From the NCBI GenBank assembly GCA_040954595.2, contig CM082580.2:4082783-4146782 (forward strand): a DNA stretch of 64,000 nt, written 5' to 3'. A model generated the notes under the pieces. That model had not been told where the DNA came from, made no database searches, and worked only from the letters and a program-made list of their open reading frames with translations. This DNA is from Balanoglossus misakiensis. Its lineage: Eukaryota > Animalia > Hemichordata. This document shows positions 63,268-64,000 of the stretch, piece by piece (position 1 is the first letter of the stretch; each line of letters begins with the position of its first letter). Both the position numbers and the translations under genes were made by a program.

Positions 63268-63910
63268 TTATATTTTTTGCCTGACTGCATAATCGGTTTC
63301 CAAAACTGTCTCTAGATCTAACCATTCGTACGCCCGATCGCTGCTTTCACCAAAGTTTGTGTTGTCGGGTATCGATTCGTACGCTGCACTGTCGGCCAAT
63401 CCTTGATCAACATCACCATTATCACCATTTGCATGAGAAGTGGGGTCCGTTAATTCGTGGGTATCATTTTGAACCACGCCACGGCCTCTACCTCTTGCCA
63501 CATCATTAATTTCTTCGTAGGCCTCATCGTTTTCTTCGGCAGGTCCTGCACCAGTTGACTCGTGCGCAGTATGACCTGATGTGGGGTCTGCGTATATATA
63601 CATGGAATCCCGTTTTAACGTTGATCTCCTGCAGCAATACAAAAAAGGTACGAAGACATCTTAGGCAATACCATTACATCTAATTCAAACACATATTATT
63701 TGCCTTGATAAATGCCGGGCCTATTATCCAAAACAGTTTGACATATTTGCCTTTTTTCAGTCGCATTCTTCTCCCAATTAAACGCCAGGCATATACTGAG
63801 TAATATTAAGACGAAAACTACTAAAGCGTACCTTCTGAAAATGACAACCGTTGTTACTACGCCAAAAAGGATCACCACCACAACTGCAGCAACCATACCT
63901 GCTATCGCAC
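63268..63910 (-). CDS. 3' end of a single-pass receptor: TM exon 63832-63910 and cytoplasmic exon 63268-63628
   Basis: GAIAGMVAAVVVVILFGVVTTVVIFRR TM, then a tail with YEEI, YESI, YEWL, YAV; splice phases match. The rest of the gene lies outside the window. Confidence 0.7.
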
Positions 63911-64000
63911 CTACAGGAAATATTTGCAATCCATTCACTTATCTTGGTTTTGCTCATTTGAATAAAAATGCTAATGATTTACCTTACTTTACTTTGGGTT

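Overview
Eukaryotic, intron-containing, AT-rich genomic DNA; gene content suggests a marine invertebrate, possibly a deuterostome (inference only). In order: the 3' part of an ANKAR-like gene (12 exons), a C1GALT1-family glycosyltransferase, a decayed expansin paralog followed by an intact 6-exon gene for a secreted protein with three tandem bacterial-type (EXLX1/YoaJ-like) expansin modules, an orphan TM exon, a GPR22-like GPCR, and a U1 snRNA gene split after nucleotide 29 by a full-length Tx1/L1-type retrotransposon with two intact ORFs. Further on: a frameshifted membrane/coiled-coil ORF, a DxD-less (Cosmc-like) C1GALT1 paralog next to a canonical C1GALT1, a C-type lectin + F5/8 gene, a CHST-family sulfotransferase and the end of a tyrosine-motif receptor gene. 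Non-autonomous DNA elements are numerous (Kolobok-, piggyBac-, Harbinger-, Mutator- and Helentron-like). The main findings are the U1-inserted retrotransposon and the triple-expansin gene. Exon boundaries were read by eye from GT/AG signals and reading-frame continuity; no database searches were run.
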